DNA of 64,000 bases from Klebsiella phage fENko-Kae01: the sequence record OR228459.1; one strand, given 5' to 3'. The translations under genes were made by a program, and so were the position numbers. The notes under the pieces were generated by a model, which saw nothing but the letters and a program-made list of their open reading frames with translations, ran no database searches and was not told the DNA's origin. Below, in pieces: positions 1-9,737 of the stretch (positions are counted from its first letter, which is position 1; the number at the start of each line of letters is the position of its first letter).

Positions 1-15
1 GAAAAAAGATAAGAA

Positions 16-417
16 ATGAAACCATACACATTCTACACGATAAACACGATTGTAGATATTGGTGATGGTAGTACTCCCGCAATTATTGATGGAAAGTTTA
101 CTGGTGCGATGAATCTAACACGGATTGTACAATCTGTGATGGAATATGACTATCCAATGATGGTCAGCATAGTAAGGAATGAAGTTGATTTGTCCAAGGG
201 TAACAATTCTGATTTCTACGCATTACCTGCATCATGGGGTAAATGTATTGTTAGTACTTTAAAATTTGCATTACCTGTTGATGTGCATATACAATTGACT
301 GGAATACCATTAGTACTCCCCACTGTAGTTAATAAAACGAGAATCACAAGATTTAATCTAGCATCAAGTACTCGTAATACAAGCATAACTAAACAAACTT
401 TTTCTATGAGTAAATAA
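16..417 (+). CDS. hypothetical protein
   Basis: 133-aa ORF in the co-directional gene array; no recognisable motif. Confidence 0.4.
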   Translation: MKPYTFYTINTIVDIGDGSTPAIIDGKFTGAMNLTRIVQSVMEYDYPMMVSIVRNEVDLSKGNNSDFYALPASWGKCIVSTLKFALPVDVHIQLTGIPLVLPTVVNKTRITRFNLASSTRNTSITKQTFSMSK

Positions 418-444
418 CGGAAAGGTTTTCTTTTTGGAGATACA

Positions 445-1380
445 ATGGATATTCAACAAACTGCAACGGAATTGCAAAAGTTCGCAGATGCGAATGGTTT
501 GCAGATGGATGTATCTACAGTTTTAGATAGTATGGATGCAGGGGATTTTGTTGCCCTAAACCAAGCTATGGATAATTCTGATAATCATTCCATTCTTAAA
601 ATTTTACAAAAATATAAATCTCGTATATTCGAGAGTTATCAATATTTTAGTGGTATGTTACTAACTGAAGATGAAAGTATAAATTTAGTTAATGACATGA
701 CACCAGATGAATTGATTGAACATTACCGTACTATGGAAGGTATGATTCATGAAGTTGATCACTTAACTTTACAAGAAATTCGCACTTTAGTTTATGAAGA
801 TTTAACTACACAGTTACGTGCTAATCAGATTGTTGGTCGTAATACTACTACACAGCAACAGCAAGTAAATCCTCAAACACAAGCTAAAGTTAAACAAGCT
901 AATATTCAGCGTAATGCGAATAATAGTTCGTTTAAAGTTTCAGTACCGGGCAATCAACAAGGTACGCAGGAAATTGAGCCAGTGGTCGGTATTGATCCGG
1001 GGCCAACTCCACAACAAACATTGGTTGTAACCAAAGATCAAAATAAACCTAATGAACTAAGTGTTTATGGTTTAGATGATGTTGAAACTGTACAAAATCA
1101 AGGTACTACCACAATCAGTGAAGAATTATCGCCCCAAGAAGCCAATGATGAAGTAATGGGGCCACCATCTGGTAGAGATAATATTGGTGGAGGCCCAACA
1201 ACCTTTACTAATACTGCTGCTGGTATGGGAGCAATTCGACAAGCGATTGACGATGCTGTATCATCTGAAGTTGAAAATACTGATGGTGAACAAAGTCCAT
1301 TGGGTAATGATGCTACCGAAGCTGGTAATGATATGATTGACCAGATTATTGACTTCTGCACTAGAATGAGAGGTAGATAA
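445..1380 (+). CDS. hypothetical acidic protein with Q/T/N-rich low-complexity central region
   Basis: 311-aa ORF; RBS-like GGAGA upstream; stop overlaps next start (ATAATGA). Confidence 0.5.
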   Translation: MDIQQTATELQKFADANGLQMDVSTVLDSMDAGDFVALNQAMDNSDNHSILKILQKYKSRIFESYQYFSGMLLTEDESINLVNDMTPDELIEHYRTMEGMIHEVDHLTLQEIRTLVYEDLTTQLRANQIVGRNTTTQQQQVNPQTQAKVKQANIQRNANNSSFKVSVPGNQQGTQEIEPVVGIDPGPTPQQTLVVTKDQNKPNELSVYGLDDVETVQNQGTTTISEELSPQEANDEVMGPPSGRDNIGGGPTTFTNTAAGMGAIRQAIDDAVSSEVENTDGEQSPLGNDATEAGNDMIDQIIDFCTRMRGR

Positions 1381-1601
1381 TGAGAATAGCCAAAAGTGAA
1401 TTTGGCGTTTCGGTAATGGTATCTAATGAAGAATATCGTGTTATTCGTAAAATAAAATCATTGGGCCGTGTCAATCGTGACATGGTTCCTGATTACTATC
1501 AGGAAATTGCTGATAAATTAGTATCTCGTGGAGTTCTAAATAGAATAGAAATTGGCGAGAAAGAATACTATGAACCAGTGAGGATAAAGAAAAATGATTG
1601 A
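1380..1601 (+). CDS. hypothetical small protein
   Basis: 73-aa ORF translationally coupled to flanking genes. Confidence 0.4.
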   Translation: MRIAKSEFGVSVMVSNEEYRVIRKIKSLGRVNRDMVPDYYQEIADKLVSRGVLNRIEIGEKEYYEPVRIKKND

Positions 1602-2334
1602 TAGAAACGAAGTTAACAACATTATGGATATGCTTGGTTCTCTAGATGAAATCGAAGCAGGAACTAATGCACCCGTAGCGTCACAAGAATCTTTTAATGC
1701 AACTCGTGATCTTCTAAGTGGACTAAATGATATTGGTCTAGCGTATGGTAACTTATTAACACCAGAAAATGCAGTACCAGATCAAATAAGTGAATCTCAA
1801 TTATATGAGAACTATGACGATTTCGAAGCACAAGAAAGATTAAACCACATTTATGGACAAGACCCTAATGGCGTTATTAATTACGAACAGGGTAAACCAC
1901 AAACTAAATCAGTACAACAAACTTTTAAACCAAGTATTGGTTCACCTAAAACTGCATGGTCATTGGTGGAAGAAGTTGCTCCCGGAACAAAGAGTACTAA
2001 AGTCTATAGTATTCAATCCAACCATAGTGGACAAAAGATTATGGATGGTATCATGATGTACGAAGCAGCCTTGACTCTAACTAATCTTCTAAATGAAGGT
2101 CGTAAGATTAATGATACTAAGATGCTAGGCATTATTAGTTCAGGATTGCAGTACACTAATGTTGTAAACGAAGGCATTAAAGCCGCTCGCGAACGACAAA
2201 AAGTACTTAAAGAATCTCGTTATGATGATGCGAAAGACCTTGATATTATTATTGCAGAAAAGAAAGCGGAAGCGTACAAGTTAAAAGAACGAGTACTTAC
2301 CTTTTTGCAAAAAGAAGGTTACATTAGTAAATAA
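1594..2334 (+). CDS. hypothetical protein
   Basis: 246-aa ORF, start overlaps upstream stop. Confidence 0.5.
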   Translation: MIDRNEVNNIMDMLGSLDEIEAGTNAPVASQESFNATRDLLSGLNDIGLAYGNLLTPENAVPDQISESQLYENYDDFEAQERLNHIYGQDPNGVINYEQGKPQTKSVQQTFKPSIGSPKTAWSLVEEVAPGTKSTKVYSIQSNHSGQKIMDGIMMYEAALTLTNLLNEGRKINDTKMLGIISSGLQYTNVVNEGIKAARERQKVLKESRYDDAKDLDIIIAEKKAEAYKLKERVLTFLQKEGYISK

Positions 2335-2365
2335 ATTAGAATTTAATCTTATAAGGAAATAAGGA

Positions 2366-2986
2366 ATGTCTAAACAATTCAAAAAAATGATGGAAGCCGA
2401 GTCGAAAGCAGAAGCTCTAACTCTTGTTAAACTAACCGAATCTAACATTGAGAAAGCAGAAATTGTACTCGCAGTTAAAGGTGAAATCGTGGATAAACTT
2501 CAACGCCAAGCTGAAGTAATTAACAACATGGGTGTTGACGTACTAGGCCCACTACTTGATCGTATTAAAGCAGAACATGGTATTGAGAGTGCTGATGCAT
2601 TTCGCAATAATATCAGTGGACTACTTGAACAAGCCGTTAAAACTCTAATGGATGTTAAAGACAAGATCAGTACTGAAACTCTAAAACTAACTGGTGATAT
2701 TACTAATGCACCAGACGTTTCTGATATTGGCGGTGAAGATGTATCTCTAGATATTGATACCCCTGATTTTGATTTCGAAGGTGATGCTGAATTCAGCGAT
2801 GATCTAGTAGAACCAGTTCCAGCAGAACGTGAAATGCGTGAAAGTGTTAAACCACGTATTGGGTTAAAACTTGAAAGCAACAAAGGCACTATCGGTACTA
2901 AATTCTTCGAATCTAAGACTGAAGCTAAAAAGTGGCTAACTGAAAACCAAAATAAAGTAAAACGTGTAATTGGTTTCACCAAATAA
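2366..2986 (+). CDS. hypothetical acidic protein
   Basis: 206-aa ORF, AGGAA RBS; the long antisense ORF 2500-2982 is judged spurious. Confidence 0.5.
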   Translation: MSKQFKKMMEAESKAEALTLVKLTESNIEKAEIVLAVKGEIVDKLQRQAEVINNMGVDVLGPLLDRIKAEHGIESADAFRNNISGLLEQAVKTLMDVKDKISTETLKLTGDITNAPDVSDIGGEDVSLDIDTPDFDFEGDAEFSDDLVEPVPAEREMRESVKPRIGLKLESNKGTIGTKFFESKTEAKKWLTENQNKVKRVIGFTK

Positions 2987-2998
2987 GAGAGGTGCTAA

Positions 2999-3328
2999 AT
3001 GAGATTCAGTGATTTAACTGAAGAAGCACCCGCAAAAGATATTCGCAACATGATTACCAGTGTTGCGTTATCTCTAGTAGCTAGTGGGCGTGAAAATGTT
3101 AGTGTGCAATCTCTAATTGCAGAAATTAAAAAACGTACTAACATTGATGTTCCTTATAATGTTATGATGGATATCTTAAACTCTTTGCCATTTGTACAGG
3201 ATGCCAATTCTGATATGGTACAATTTGCTGGTGCTGATGAAAGCAGTAGTGAAGAGGGTGAAAGCTCAGAAGACATTGTAAGCGATATGGCTACAAAAGC
3301 TGCAACCAGCAGCATGAACCAAAAATAA
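2999..3328 (+). CDS. hypothetical acidic protein
   Basis: 109-aa ORF with GAGAGG RBS. Confidence 0.45.
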   Translation: MRFSDLTEEAPAKDIRNMITSVALSLVASGRENVSVQSLIAEIKKRTNIDVPYNVMMDILNSLPFVQDANSDMVQFAGADESSSEEGESSEDIVSDMATKAATSSMNQK

Positions 3329-3372
3329 TTGAGACAAAACAGAATAAATGTGCTATAATAGGAGTACAACGG

Positions 3373-4080
3373 ATGTACACACCACCTATGATTGAACGGT
3401 ACACTTATCTCGGTTATGATCGTATCGAAGGCGGCCCAGAAGGTCGCCTTTATGCTACCCCTACCGGGAATCTACCGTCAGTTACTACCATCTTGAGTGC
3501 TACCTCAGATGATGAAGGACTAAAACAGTGGCGAGCATTCGTCGGTGAACAAAAAGCAAATGAAATAACATTGGAAGCAACAACTATCGGTACGTTCATG
3601 CATGAGAATTTAGAACGCCGTTTGATTGGAGAAGAAGATCATTTGGGCGGTATGCCAATTCGAGTGTTAGCTCGTAACATGGCAGACGTTATTCAGCGTG
3701 AAGCATGGCCTAAAATCAATGAAGTATGGGGGCAAGAAGTTCCTTTATTTTATGAAGGTCTTTGGGCTGGAACTACTGACTTAGTAGGAATGCACGATGG
3801 TATACCAACGATAATGGATTACAAAAACTCTCGTAAACCTAAGAAATGGGATAAGATTGAGAACTACAGATTACAGACCGCAGCATATGCATTAGCACAT
3901 AATCAAATGTTCGGTACTGATATACAACGTGGAGTAATCTTTATCTGTGTTCGAGAAGACCCAAACAATCTTCAGTACCAAGAATTCGTAATTGAAGGAC
4001 AGGACTTTGAAGATGCGAAAAAAGGTTGGATTGAAAGAGTAGAGCAATACTATATTATGAGAGGCGATATTACAAAATGA
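3373..4080 (+). CDS. putative PD-(D/E)XK-family nuclease
   Basis: TDLVGM...IMDYKNSRK gives a D...(D/E)XK arrangement typical of the RecB/Cas4/lambda-exo fold; motif-level only. Confidence 0.45.
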   Translation: MYTPPMIERYTYLGYDRIEGGPEGRLYATPTGNLPSVTTILSATSDDEGLKQWRAFVGEQKANEITLEATTIGTFMHENLERRLIGEEDHLGGMPIRVLARNMADVIQREAWPKINEVWGQEVPLFYEGLWAGTTDLVGMHDGIPTIMDYKNSRKPKKWDKIENYRLQTAAYALAHNQMFGTDIQRGVIFICVREDPNNLQYQEFVIEGQDFEDAKKGWIERVEQYYIMRGDITK

Positions 4081-4634
4081 ACAGAGCTATGAAAGAAGAT
4101 ATTTTTACAATTAAAGCAATCGAAAGTAAAGGTTATAAAATGGAAGAACTAATTGTTCTATCCGATGAAGAACTTGATGAATTACCAATTTCTCAACGTC
4201 TAATCGATGGCATTAAAACTGTTAAAGCACGTGGAGGAAAAACGGCTGATCAAATCGCAGAAGAGATTGCCGATTTAATGACGAAAGACGTCACTAGTAC
4301 TGAAGAAGTTGATGTTCCTGAAGTCGTTGAAGTTTACGAAACTCTATCTCCAGAACACATTGCTATTCAAGAAGAAATCATTGAAGAAGCTCTTGAAGAA
4401 GAAATTGCTGAAGATGAAGTTCAAATTGTTCGTGTTGAATCTGCACCAGAAGATATTAAAACTGTAGAAGAAGTTCTAGAGACTAAATCTTATAAATCAT
4501 TCCAACCATACATCAAACTACTACAATCTGAAGTTCCTAAAGTTATTTTGGATGCAGTTGATAGTACGCTAATTTCAGAACTAATTGAAAAGCGTATCAC
4601 TGCTGTTAAACAAGCAGCGAAAAAAACTAAATAA
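4077..4634 (+). CDS. hypothetical highly acidic protein
   Basis: 185-aa ORF, E-rich, ATGA overlap with upstream gene. Confidence 0.5.
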   Translation: MNRAMKEDIFTIKAIESKGYKMEELIVLSDEELDELPISQRLIDGIKTVKARGGKTADQIAEEIADLMTKDVTSTEEVDVPEVVEVYETLSPEHIAIQEEIIEEALEEEIAEDEVQIVRVESAPEDIKTVEEVLETKSYKSFQPYIKLLQSEVPKVILDAVDSTLISELIEKRITAVKQAAKKTK

Positions 4635-4662
4635 TCCTATACTATATTAGGAGAATTTAGGT

Positions 4663-5235
4663 ATGGCACAAAAACAAATTGCCTTACAACAAGTACGTTC
4701 GGGTAAACAGCGTGATTTACCCGATGCTCTTGCGAAAGGCCAGATTGGATTCAGTACTGACGTGGGTCGTTTATTCATTGGACTACCGAGTAGTTCAGAA
4801 CCAGCATCATTAGTTGCTGGTCGTAACTGGACTAATGCACCAAACAGCGGGAAAGAAAACGTAGAAATCATTACTGAATTTACACCTTGGGAAATTATTA
4901 ACAGTGTGGTTAATAAACCTAATGTATTAACACTTCCAGCTAACCAAAAAACTACTACAACTATTCGTACATCGTCTCGCGTATTCCTTGAGTATGTTGC
5001 ATACGATAATGATAAATTGTTAGAAACTGGTTCAGTTCAATTGGTAGCAGTTGATACAACGAATGTATTAATCTCTCAACAAAACAACACTAACAAATCT
5101 GATGGTATCGTTGCGATAGATTTTGAACAACCATCATATGACGTAGGTACTAAACGTTTAACTATTACTATTAACAATCGAAGTAGTACCGCAATAACAC
5201 TTGAATTTATTATAAGAGGGTGGGATAAGCAATAA
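4663..5235 (+). CDS. hypothetical protein
   Basis: 190-aa ORF with GGAG RBS, followed by an intrinsic terminator. Confidence 0.5.
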   Translation: MAQKQIALQQVRSGKQRDLPDALAKGQIGFSTDVGRLFIGLPSSSEPASLVAGRNWTNAPNSGKENVEIITEFTPWEIINSVVNKPNVLTLPANQKTTTTIRTSSRVFLEYVAYDNDKLLETGSVQLVAVDTTNVLISQQNNTNKSDGIVAIDFEQPSYDVGTKRLTITINNRSSTAITLEFIIRGWDKQ

Positions 5236-5258
5236 AGGCGAATCCCGCCTTTTATTTC
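5236..5258 (+). terminator. intrinsic terminator
   Basis: AGGCG-AATCC-CGCCT hairpin followed by TTTATTT. Confidence 0.6.
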
Positions 5259-5303
5259 CCCTTATAAATATAAAACTGAAAATAATTAACACAAGGAAGT
5301 CAA

Positions 5304-7649
5304 ATGATCAACGTTACGAAACGTAATGGTGCTAAGGAAGCACTTAATCTTGAAAAAATTCACCAAATTCTATTTTTCGCTTGCGAAGGACTAACTGGAG
5401 TGTCCGTATCAGAAATTGAGGTTCGAGCACAGTTACAGTTCTATGAAGGTATCGAAACTAATGCAATTCATGATATTCTAATTAAAGCTGCTTCTGAACT
5501 AATTACAGTTGATACCCCTAACTATCAATATGTAGCAGGTCGTCTAATTAACTATTCACTACGTAAGAAAGTGTATGGTAATTATGAACCACCAAAATTC
5601 GCTGCACATGTTCAAGATCTAATCGATCGTGATGTATATGACAAAGAAATTCTTGAAAAATATACGCTAACTGAAATCGAAGAACTAGGTAAGTACATCA
5701 AACATAAACGTGATGATAGATTCACTTTCGTTGCAATGAAGCAATGGGAAGGGAAATATCTTTGTAAGCACCGTGTTACTAAGCAAATTTACGAAACCCC
5801 ACAAATGGCTTACATGATGATTGCAGCAATCGTCTTTATGGAGTACAATCGTGATGTTCGTATGAGCTATGTAAAACGTTTTTATGATGCAATCAGTAAT
5901 TTTGATATTAGTCTTCCAACACCAATCATGGCTGGTCTTCGTACTAATACACGTCAGTTTAGTTCATGTGTGGTTCTAAACGTGGGTGATAGCCTCGATA
6001 GTATCGGTGCTTCCAACCATGCTATTTTACGTTATATCTCACGTAAAGCTGGTCTAGGAATTAACTACGGTCGTGTTCGTGCAATCGATTCAGAAATACG
6101 TGGTGGTGATGCGGTACATACAGGTTTAATTCCTTTCATTACTGCAAGTACTAAAACTGTTAAATCATGCTCTCAAGGCGGTGTACGTGGTGGTGCAGCA
6201 ACTATTCACTTCCCACTTTGGCATCTAGAATTTGAAAATCTTGTAGTACTTAAGAACAACAAAGGAACCGAGTTTAACCGTGTTCGTCAAAGTGACTACT
6301 GCTTCCAAATCAACAAAACTTTATACGAGCGTCTAACCAAAAAAGGTGATATTACTTTCTTCTCACCTAGTGACGTACCCGGTCTATATGATGCATTCTG
6401 CTCAGACCAAAAAGAATTCGCACGTTTGTATAAGAAGTATGAAGCAGACCCTACTATTCGTAAGAAAGTACTACCAGCGATTGACGTATTCACTGTTCTA
6501 ATGCAACAACGTGCAGAGACAGGACGTATCTACGTTCAGAACATTGATTTGACTAACGAACACTCACCATTCGATCCTAAAGTGGCACCAGTTGAGCAAA
6601 GTAATCTTTGCCAAGAAATTGCATTACCTTCAGTTCCATTTGATGATGTAAACAGTGGTGAAGATGGTCTAATCAGCCTTTGCACACTAAGTGCAATTAA
6701 TTGGGGCAACTTTGACAAACCTGAAGATATGGAAAATGCTTGCGATCTAGCTGTTCGTGCGTTAGACTCTCTACTTGATTATCAGGACTACCCTGTAATC
6801 CACGCAGAACGAGCTACACGAGCTTATCGACCACTAGGTGTAGGTATCATCAACTTGGCATATTTCCTTGCTAAACGTGGCCTACGTTACGATGATGGTG
6901 CATTGGAAACAGTAAACACATGGGCTGAAGCATGGTCTTATTACCTACTTAAATCTTCCGTTCAACTAGCGAAAGAAAAAGGTAAATGTGAATGGTTTGA
7001 TAATCTAAAATATGCACAAGGTATTCTACCAATTGACACTTATAAAAAGTCCGTCGATGATCTAGTAGGTACTGAACTAAAAATGGATTGGGATTCCCTA
7101 CGTGCTGATATTGCACAATACGGTATTCGTAATGCTACTACTATGGCTCTAATGCCAGCAGAAACCAGTGCTCAAATTAGTAACAGTACTAATGGTATTG
7201 AACCACCACGTAGTCTAGTATCCGTTAAAGCATCTAAAGATGGTATTCTAAAACAAGTTGTTCCTGAAATTGGTAAATTGAAGAACAAATACACCCTACT
7301 ATGGGATCAAAAGAACAACGAAGGTTATATTAAAATTTGTGGTGTACTACAAAAATATATTGACCAAAGTATCAGTGCAAATACCAGTTATAACCCAGAA
7401 CACTTCCCAGATAAGAAACTATCAATGAAAGTACTTCTAGGTGAACTACTAATGTGCTATAAGTATGGGCTTAAAAACCTATACTATATGAACACCAACG
7501 ATGGTAGTGGTGAAATTGATATTGAACTACTAGAGAAGTCTCAGTCAGAACAAAAGGCTGAAGCGGAAGAACTAGTACCAACAGGTGGATTCATTCTACC
7601 AAACCTATCAATGCTACCAGATGATGATTGCGATAGTTGCAAAATCTAA
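5304..7649 (+). CDS. nrdA: class Ia ribonucleotide reductase large subunit
   Basis: 781 aa; N-terminal ATP-cone (VTKRNGAKEALNLEKI); catalytic SNLCQEI motif; C-terminal Cys pair (CDSCKI). Confidence 0.9.
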   Translation: MINVTKRNGAKEALNLEKIHQILFFACEGLTGVSVSEIEVRAQLQFYEGIETNAIHDILIKAASELITVDTPNYQYVAGRLINYSLRKKVYGNYEPPKFAAHVQDLIDRDVYDKEILEKYTLTEIEELGKYIKHKRDDRFTFVAMKQWEGKYLCKHRVTKQIYETPQMAYMMIAAIVFMEYNRDVRMSYVKRFYDAISNFDISLPTPIMAGLRTNTRQFSSCVVLNVGDSLDSIGASNHAILRYISRKAGLGINYGRVRAIDSEIRGGDAVHTGLIPFITASTKTVKSCSQGGVRGGAATIHFPLWHLEFENLVVLKNNKGTEFNRVRQSDYCFQINKTLYERLTKKGDITFFSPSDVPGLYDAFCSDQKEFARLYKKYEADPTIRKKVLPAIDVFTVLMQQRAETGRIYVQNIDLTNEHSPFDPKVAPVEQSNLCQEIALPSVPFDDVNSGEDGLISLCTLSAINWGNFDKPEDMENACDLAVRALDSLLDYQDYPVIHAERATRAYRPLGVGIINLAYFLAKRGLRYDDGALETVNTWAEAWSYYLLKSSVQLAKEKGKCEWFDNLKYAQGILPIDTYKKSVDDLVGTELKMDWDSLRADIAQYGIRNATTMALMPAETSAQISNSTNGIEPPRSLVSVKASKDGILKQVVPEIGKLKNKYTLLWDQKNNEGYIKICGVLQKYIDQSISANTSYNPEHFPDKKLSMKVLLGELLMCYKYGLKNLYYMNTNDGSGEIDIELLEKSQSEQKAEAEELVPTGGFILPNLSMLPDDDCDSCKI

Positions 7650-7657
7650 TTAAAAAG

Positions 7658-7686
7658 AGTCCCACATGAAGTGGGACTTTTCTTTC
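7658..7686 (+). terminator. intrinsic terminator
   Basis: AGTCCCAC-ATGAA-GTGGGACT hairpin then TTTCTTTC. Confidence 0.65.
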
Positions 7687-7712
7687 ACAGAAATAAACAA
7701 AAGGAATTGTAA

Positions 7713-8837
7713 ATGTCAGTATTTAAAATTAACGAGAAATCACACTTAGAAAAGCATATGTTTTTTGATGAGTCTGTTGATATTCAACGTTTTGAATCCG
7801 TAAAGTATCCAGCATTGGAAAAATTAACAGAACAGCAAAAGAGTTTCTTCTGGACACCAGAAGAAGTAGATGTGACTCGTGATAAAATTGACTTCTCCGG
7901 TTTGAGTGATAATGAGAAACATATCTTCACATCGAACCTTAAACGTCAAATCCTTCTAGATTCAGTACAAGGACGTGGCCCAAACTTAATGCTACTACCT
8001 TATGCATCCCTACCTGAACTAGAAAACTTTATTGAAACTTGGGCTTTCTTTGAAGGTGCTATCCATAGTCGTTCATATACGCATATTATTCGTAACGTAT
8101 ATCCAAACCCATCCGAAGTGTTTGATACTATGCTCGACATTCCTGAGATTACTTCTTGTGCTGCTGATATTGCAAAGTACTATGATGATCTTGATGTAGC
8201 TGGCACTTACTATAAGATGCTAGGACTCGGTACTCATATTATCAATGGTGAAACTGTTGAAGTTAGCGAGTATGAACTCAAGAAGAAACTATGGCTATGC
8301 TTGAACAGCATTAACGTACTAGAAGGTATTCGCTTCTATGTATCCTTTGCATGTTCATGGGCTTTTGCAGAAAACAAACTAATGGAAGGGAATGCTAAAA
8401 TCATCCGTCTAATTTGTCGTGATGAGAACCTTCATTTAGCAGCTACCCAAATGATTCTTCGCCTACTCAAGAAAGAAGATCCAGACTTCGCTAAAATTGC
8501 AGAAGAATGCCATGAAGAAGTACAAACAATGTTCATGGATGCAATTCGTCAAGAAGAAGAATGGGCTGACTATCTATTCAAAGATGGTTCTATTATTGGA
8601 TTGAACGCTCAAATTCTAAAAGATTATATTCGTTGGATTGGTTCTAAACGTATGATTGCAATTGGCGTTAAATGTCCATTCAGTGTATCCAAAAACAATC
8701 CACTACCTTGGACTGTAGAATGGATCAGTAGTGCTGATGTACAAGTGGCACCACAAGAAACTGAAATAAGTTCTTATATTATTGGTGGTATCACTAATGA
8801 TATTGAAGAAAATGATTTTTCAGATTACGATTTATAA
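7713..8837 (+). CDS. nrdB: ribonucleotide reductase small subunit (diiron/tyrosyl radical)
   Basis: 374 aa; ferritin-like iron-ligand motifs (FYVSFACSWAFAE, RDENLHL); uninterrupted ORF, so no intron. Confidence 0.85.
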   Translation: MSVFKINEKSHLEKHMFFDESVDIQRFESVKYPALEKLTEQQKSFFWTPEEVDVTRDKIDFSGLSDNEKHIFTSNLKRQILLDSVQGRGPNLMLLPYASLPELENFIETWAFFEGAIHSRSYTHIIRNVYPNPSEVFDTMLDIPEITSCAADIAKYYDDLDVAGTYYKMLGLGTHIINGETVEVSEYELKKKLWLCLNSINVLEGIRFYVSFACSWAFAENKLMEGNAKIIRLICRDENLHLAATQMILRLLKKEDPDFAKIAEECHEEVQTMFMDAIRQEEEWADYLFKDGSIIGLNAQILKDYIRWIGSKRMIAIGVKCPFSVSKNNPLPWTVEWISSADVQVAPQETEISSYIIGGITNDIEENDFSDYDL

Positions 8838-8843
8838 TACTTA

Positions 8844-8866
8844 GGGACACAATGTGTCCCTTTTTC
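8844..8866 (+). terminator. intrinsic terminator
   Basis: GGGACAC-AA-TGTGTCCC hairpin then TTTTT. Confidence 0.6.
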
Positions 8867-8867
8867 A

Positions 8868-9062
8868 TTGGAGTTATATATGAGCGACGTTTTTTCTTTT
8901 ATGAGAGATGTTGAGTACGTAATAGTACTAGAAGGTTCTATTCAATTAACAGGTATGGTTGAAGAAACTTATGATAACGGTATTCAGTTACATGATGGAA
9001 CCTGCATCCCACAGGATAAAATTTTATTTTTCAAAGCAAATCTTGGGACAAATCCCGAATAA
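8868..9062 (+). CDS. hypothetical small protein
   Basis: 64-aa ORF; its 3' end carries the conserved promoter box. Confidence 0.35.
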   Translation: MELYMSDVFSFMRDVEYVIVLEGSIQLTGMVEETYDNGIQLHDGTCIPQDKILFFKANLGTNPE

Positions 9063-9073
9063 TGTGATATAAT
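9042..9073 (+). promoter_or_regulatory. conserved phage promoter class CTTGGGACAAA-N10-TGTGATATAAT
   Basis: extended -10 (TGn+TATAAT) with -35-region box TTGGGACAAA; one of at least 11 near-identical copies. Confidence 0.6.
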
Positions 9074-9101
9074 AAACACATCAATAACACAGGAGAAAAA
9101 A

Positions 9102-9335
9102 ATGGATAAGAACGCACTAAACGAAATGGTAGAAGAAAGCATTGAAACCGCTGGTAAAGAAGTTGGATACACTCTAAGCGAAGAAGAACTAGAATATTCT
9201 AAAAAAATCATTGCTCAACTATCTGGCTATTACGCTCGTAAAGATGCTAAGAAAGTAGAATATCGCAAAATCAAACAGCGTCGTCGTGCTGCAAACAAAA
9301 CTGCAAAAGCATCTCGTCGTAAGAACCGCAAATAA
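9102..9335 (+). CDS. hypothetical protein with strongly basic C-terminal tail
   Basis: 77-aa ORF; AGGAGA RBS; tail KIKQRRRAANKTAKASRRKNRK suggests nucleic-acid binding. Confidence 0.45.
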   Translation: MDKNALNEMVEESIETAGKEVGYTLSEEELEYSKKIIAQLSGYYARKDAKKVEYRKIKQRRRAANKTAKASRRKNRK

Positions 9336-9341
9336 GAGGTA

Positions 9342-9737
9342 TTGATGAATTTCACTTTTGAACAAATTCAAGAGACTTTTCCTAAACACGCCAACCGCAC
9401 TAAGCGGTTGCGTAAGAAGTTACATGTAGATGACTTCGCGGAAATTATGTTTTCGTTTACATTAAAAATTCCAGTATTTGATTTATCACCCAAACTACAG
9501 GATGCTTGTTTGGATATCATGTGTGAACATGATGCTGGATGTTTTATCTTTTCTGATAGTTCATCTGCATCATTCAGTGTATTGTCTGGATTATTAAAGA
9601 AAAGTGTAAAAAATCAAGAAGAAATTATTTCGTACATTACGAATTTGATTTCAAAACTTTCAGAAGTAGAAAAAGAATTTAGGAATATTGACGCAGTACA
9701 TGTAACATATGGTGATGCGTATTATGGAGAATGGTAA
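9342..9737 (+). CDS. hypothetical protein
   Basis: 131-aa ORF, GAGG RBS. Confidence 0.45.
   Translation: MMNFTFEQIQETFPKHANRTKRLRKKLHVDDFAEIMFSFTLKIPVFDLSPKLQDACLDIMCEHDAGCFIFSDSSSASFSVLSGLLKKSVKNQEEIISYITNLISKLSEVEKEFRNIDAVHVTYGDAYYGEW

Noticed and set aside
820-1010. Q/T/N-rich low-complexity stretch suggestive of a repeat
   Set aside because: No exact nucleotide periodicity was found; it is compositional bias within a coding region.
1098-1361. 87-aa antisense ORF
   Set aside because: Nested in the acidic + strand gene; P/S-rich artefact.
1853-2056. nested + strand ORF in an alternative frame
   Set aside because: Lies within 1594-2334 in another frame; no RBS; the enclosing ORF is longer and translationally coupled.
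2500-2982. 160-aa antisense ORF inside the + strand gene 2366-2986
   Set aside because: Low-complexity S/L-rich translation typical of the reverse strand of an acidic gene; no RBS; the strand polarity of the whole region is +.
5304-8837. possible group I introns or homing endonucleases in nrdA/nrdB (as in T4 nrdB, td, nrdD)
   Set aside because: Both ORFs are continuous with all catalytic motifs in one frame; no GIY-YIG/HNH ORFs nearby.
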